Under the pieces are notes generated by a model. It was not told the origin of the DNA. It saw nothing but the letters and a program-made list of their open reading frames with translations, and did no database searches. Shown here piece after piece: positions 36,801 to 39,952 of a stretch of 39,952 bases of DNA. Location of the stretch: the NCBI GenBank assembly GCA_010093815.1, contig ML996576.1; one strand, 5' to 3'. Position 1 is the first letter of the stretch. Every line of letters begins with the position of its first letter. This DNA is from Pseudovirgaria hyperparasitica (Eukaryota). The position numbers and the translations under genes are program-made.

Positions 36801-38024
36801 TAGGGTGAGGTCGAGTGTGGATCCGCCCTTATCTTATTTATGTTTTCGCTAGATAATCTATTCTACTAGTATAAGAAGGTATAGGAAGCCGTGGTATTAG
36901 GTACGTAGTTCTCTAGCTCGAAGCTCTTCGCGGGTGACGGTTAGTCTACTCTACTAGCTATAATAGAGGTTAAAGTCTCCTAGGAGGATATATTATTCTA
37001 GCTCGGTGGTACCCTTAAGCATATTATCCGCCTAAAGCGATTAGTTCTAATTATATATATTATATATATAGAGGGGTCCGATATTCGTCTAGAGGTGTAG
37101 TATTATCCGGAGGTTATCCCGTTTAGTATACGACTATAATAAGAGTAGGATAGACTTATAGATATAGAAGAGGACTCTCCTCTCCGGTCCTAGGGGGTGT
37201 ATTATATAATATCCTAGGTGTGTTATTGGTTTGTTCGTCTAGTAGTATTTATATAGCTCCTATATGGCGAGTATTACAGCTCCGGTCTCCTTAAGGAGTA
37301 TCGCCTAGTTCTTACGTTTATACTATACGTTTACCTATATAATTAGAAGTATATCTTAGTCTCTTATTAGGTGCTAGGGAATATATAGGCCTATATATTT
37401 ATTCCTCTAAGACGCGACTATCCTCGTACGGCGGCGGCCTTAGTAATTTCTCGGGGCTATTCTATTATTAGCTTTCTTAGGACGGTTTACTATTTCTAAC
37501 CGCTTCCTTATAAGGAGGTAGTCTATAGTAGTAGTATTATAGTAAAGAGAGGAATAGTAGTAGGTTATATCGTTTATAGCTACCTTACTCCCTTCATCTG
37601 GATTAAGTAGATATATTCGGTAATCTATTTGCGTTTCGCGCACGTAGCCGACCACGACGGGTACTTACCGTCGTAGTTAGAGTACTTCGCCATGTCTCTA
37701 TCCCTCTAGCCCTCTCCTCGTATTCTATAGGGGTACTCCTAGGTACTATATTCTTATCGACACCATCTATATCTAGTCTTTTAGGAGTACCGCTATACTA
37801 TATACCCGTATCCCTAATAGTTAAAGCACTATATTATCGCCTATGCTCTATCCCATGGTTCCGCTATAAGAAGCTCCCCTTCCGCTAGGAATCCCTCTTA
37901 CGTAATTTAATACGCGAGGGCGGGGTCCTTAAGCTCTACTATTATAGTAGAGTGTGCCTTTAATCTAGTTTTAATCCCTTATATGTTCTTCTACCATGCT
38001 CTTACGATCTTAATCCCTAGGTAT
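33802..38024 (-). mobile_element. LINE copy B, 3' part (ORF1 end, ORF2, 3' UTR, tail)
   Basis: Colinear with 12871-17074; RT GYADD near 35380; broken at the gypsy-2 LTR. Confidence 0.93.
34039..34073. repeat. Shared palindrome copy 8 (LINE B 3' UTR)
   Basis: 16-bp perfect arms, CTA spacer. Confidence 0.95.
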
Positions 38025-39952
38025 TATGGAAGGCCGCTCCTATAGCCCCACATGTATGTGTCCCTAGCTCGATTACATGGCTTTATTATATATTTAAGGA
38101 GTGCGTTTTCCTTGGTCATTCTACTCGGCGCGCTTCCCCCATCACTAATATTCGACTATTCGATCTTTCCTTACGTTCATAGGCCTCTATAGGTATTAAT
38201 TATTAGGCTTAGCTATTAAAGAATTGATTGAGAGTATTATATAGACCCGTCCTATCGTAAAAGAGAACTAATAAGAAGTCGTGCGTTCAAAGAGAACTTA
38301 TAATACCTAGGAGAGATACTTATGAGTTCGTCGCGACTACTATACTAGAAACATAGCTATTTATAAAAGGGACACACGTGGCAATAGCTTACTATAATTT
38401 TAGAGGTTATACCCGGACTACGAACTTATAGGGGGAGATTAGGACTCCGAAACTAGCTTAGGGGAAGTATATAGCGTGCCTAATAAGGTAGTCTAGACTT
38501 ACTAGATCGAAGCCACGAGTCCGGAAAACAGGGAGTCCGGAGTTACTAGGGGCTAGCCTCTTAAAAGTAGCTATAAAAAGCATGCGTATACTAATACGGG
38601 TAATAGCGCGACTCGAAAATGTCTTAGGGGAATAGGATATAAAATAGGGCTAGATGAAGTAGCAAAGAAGAGTTTAAAAACGATAAATATAACCTATTTA
38701 GTACTACTATAGCTGTTATTTATAAACACGGCTATATAAGTATACTACTTTAGGAACGCCTCACACGAAGATAATAACATAAGTAGGATACTATGAACCT
38801 TATATCGATGAAGACGATAGTAATAGTTCACCTTATAAAGGGATTAGTTAATATAGAGAAGGGATGATAGGTGTTATAGGTAGACGCATTAGGCTAACCT
38901 TTAGTTAAGGTAATCCCTTAACTAATAACCTTACCCCTAGCGTCTCTACTAGCATATCTACTACTAGTAATAGTACGATAGAAGCTTAAAACAACGACCT
39001 AGTAACTCGTAGAGAGATACTTAACTTCTTCGTAGCATTTACGCGACAAGGAAGAATAGTATCTCTATCTACCCTAGCCCCTAAGCGCTTTAAAGGAATA
39101 AACATCACGGTCTTTCTTTAGAAGTACGAGGACATATATATAAACTATGAAGTTCCGCCTAATAAGAAGATAACCTCCCTACTATTATACTACGAGGACT
39201 ATCTCCGTCCTACCATTAAAGAAATAAGTAGGTTTTAGAAATAGTAGTAGGCTACGCTACGTGAAGAATTATTAAAGGAATTCTCTCTATTTAACTCTAC
39301 CCTCGAGGAAGGCACCATCTACTTTATCCGAAAATACGTGGAAATGGTTAAAGTAGAGCCATTCTACTCTCTCTCTATATACTACTCCTAGTATTATATT
39401 ATCATAGAGAAACTTACGGCTAAAGGAAGCCTAAGCTTATATTCGCGAATAGAGCTCTTTCTAGAAGGGCTACCTAATAGTCTTAAGGCTCGGGCTATAG
39501 AGAAATGTTAACTCACGATGGAAGTACATAGTTATAACTAGGTAATTATCTATAGCTTCGTATTACGAAAGGCTAGAGCACTTAAGGAACTAGCTTATAT
39601 TAATAAGTACTTAGCCGCATAAGAGCTAGCCATAGCTATATACTATAAATCAAAGATAGGGAGTAGGAAGACCGGCTTAGAAGAGTAGTTACATGAAGAA
39701 AGAAGAACTAATGAATTTAACCACCCCTCTCTAGTCGTAGTACACGTCGCGCTAGAATCGGATAAGTTTAACGAGATAGTAGAGAGATTTAGTAAACTAG
39801 ACCTTACGTTAATTAAGATAAAGTCCTACTTTATCTCTAATCCCTTATTCCCATCCCTTAAGAAGTACGAACCTAAGCTACTTTCGGCTATTATTAACTA
39901 GTAGGCGCGAAGGCTAAATCTTTTAGTATATCCCTAAGTACGAGGCATACCT
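38025..39952 (+). mobile_element. Gypsy family 2 copy B: 5' LTR (38025-38396), PBS, gag start; runs off the window
   Basis: Inverted near-identical copy of about 30155-32081. Confidence 0.96.
38901..38928. repeat. Shared palindrome copy 9, variant (gypsy 2 copy B)
   Basis: TTAGTTAAGG-TAATC-CCTTAACTAA. Confidence 0.9.

Noticed and set aside
13489..37655. Short hydrophobic Y/I/L-rich ORFs in the track (e.g. 13489, 17081, 17926, 20355, 25921, 31275, 35283, 35992)
   Set aside because: Antisense or off-frame shadows of RIPped TE genes; composition is a RIP by-product
1214..38928. CRISPR-like interpretation of the recurring palindrome
   Set aside because: Copies are kilobases apart inside eukaryotic retroelements, with no regular spacers or cas genes

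Overview
Left end of a chromosome from a RIP-competent filamentous ascomycete. A (CCCTAA)n telomere (1-124) is followed by about 650 bp of un-RIPped unique sequence holding a probable small spliced gene, then 39 kb of nested retroelements inactivated by RIP (TpA-rich, CpA/TpG-poor). The nest contains: an old, heavily decayed Ty3/gypsy host; a complete chromoviral gypsy (3082-11092, 240-bp LTRs, TSD ATAGA) carrying an extra antisense intron-containing gene; a complete Tad1-like LINE (12871-18148, 15-bp TSD); a copia element; a second LINE split in two; and two inverted copies of a second gypsy family (372-bp LTRs, tRNA-Gln-type PBS). The most notable observations are: (i) gypsy family 2 carries an extra ORF of about 975 codons ending in a PhyH-like 2-oxoglutarate/Fe(II) dioxygenase domain; (ii) a palindrome of about 30 bp, TTATTAGTTAAGGG-N3-CCCTTAACTAATAA, occurs 9 times and is shared by the unrelated LINE and gypsy-2 families; (iii) target-site duplications show that 32082-38024 is inverted between the two gypsy-2 copies. 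Protein calls are manual translations in which RIP-type changes (C>T, G>A) were mentally reverted; no searches were run.
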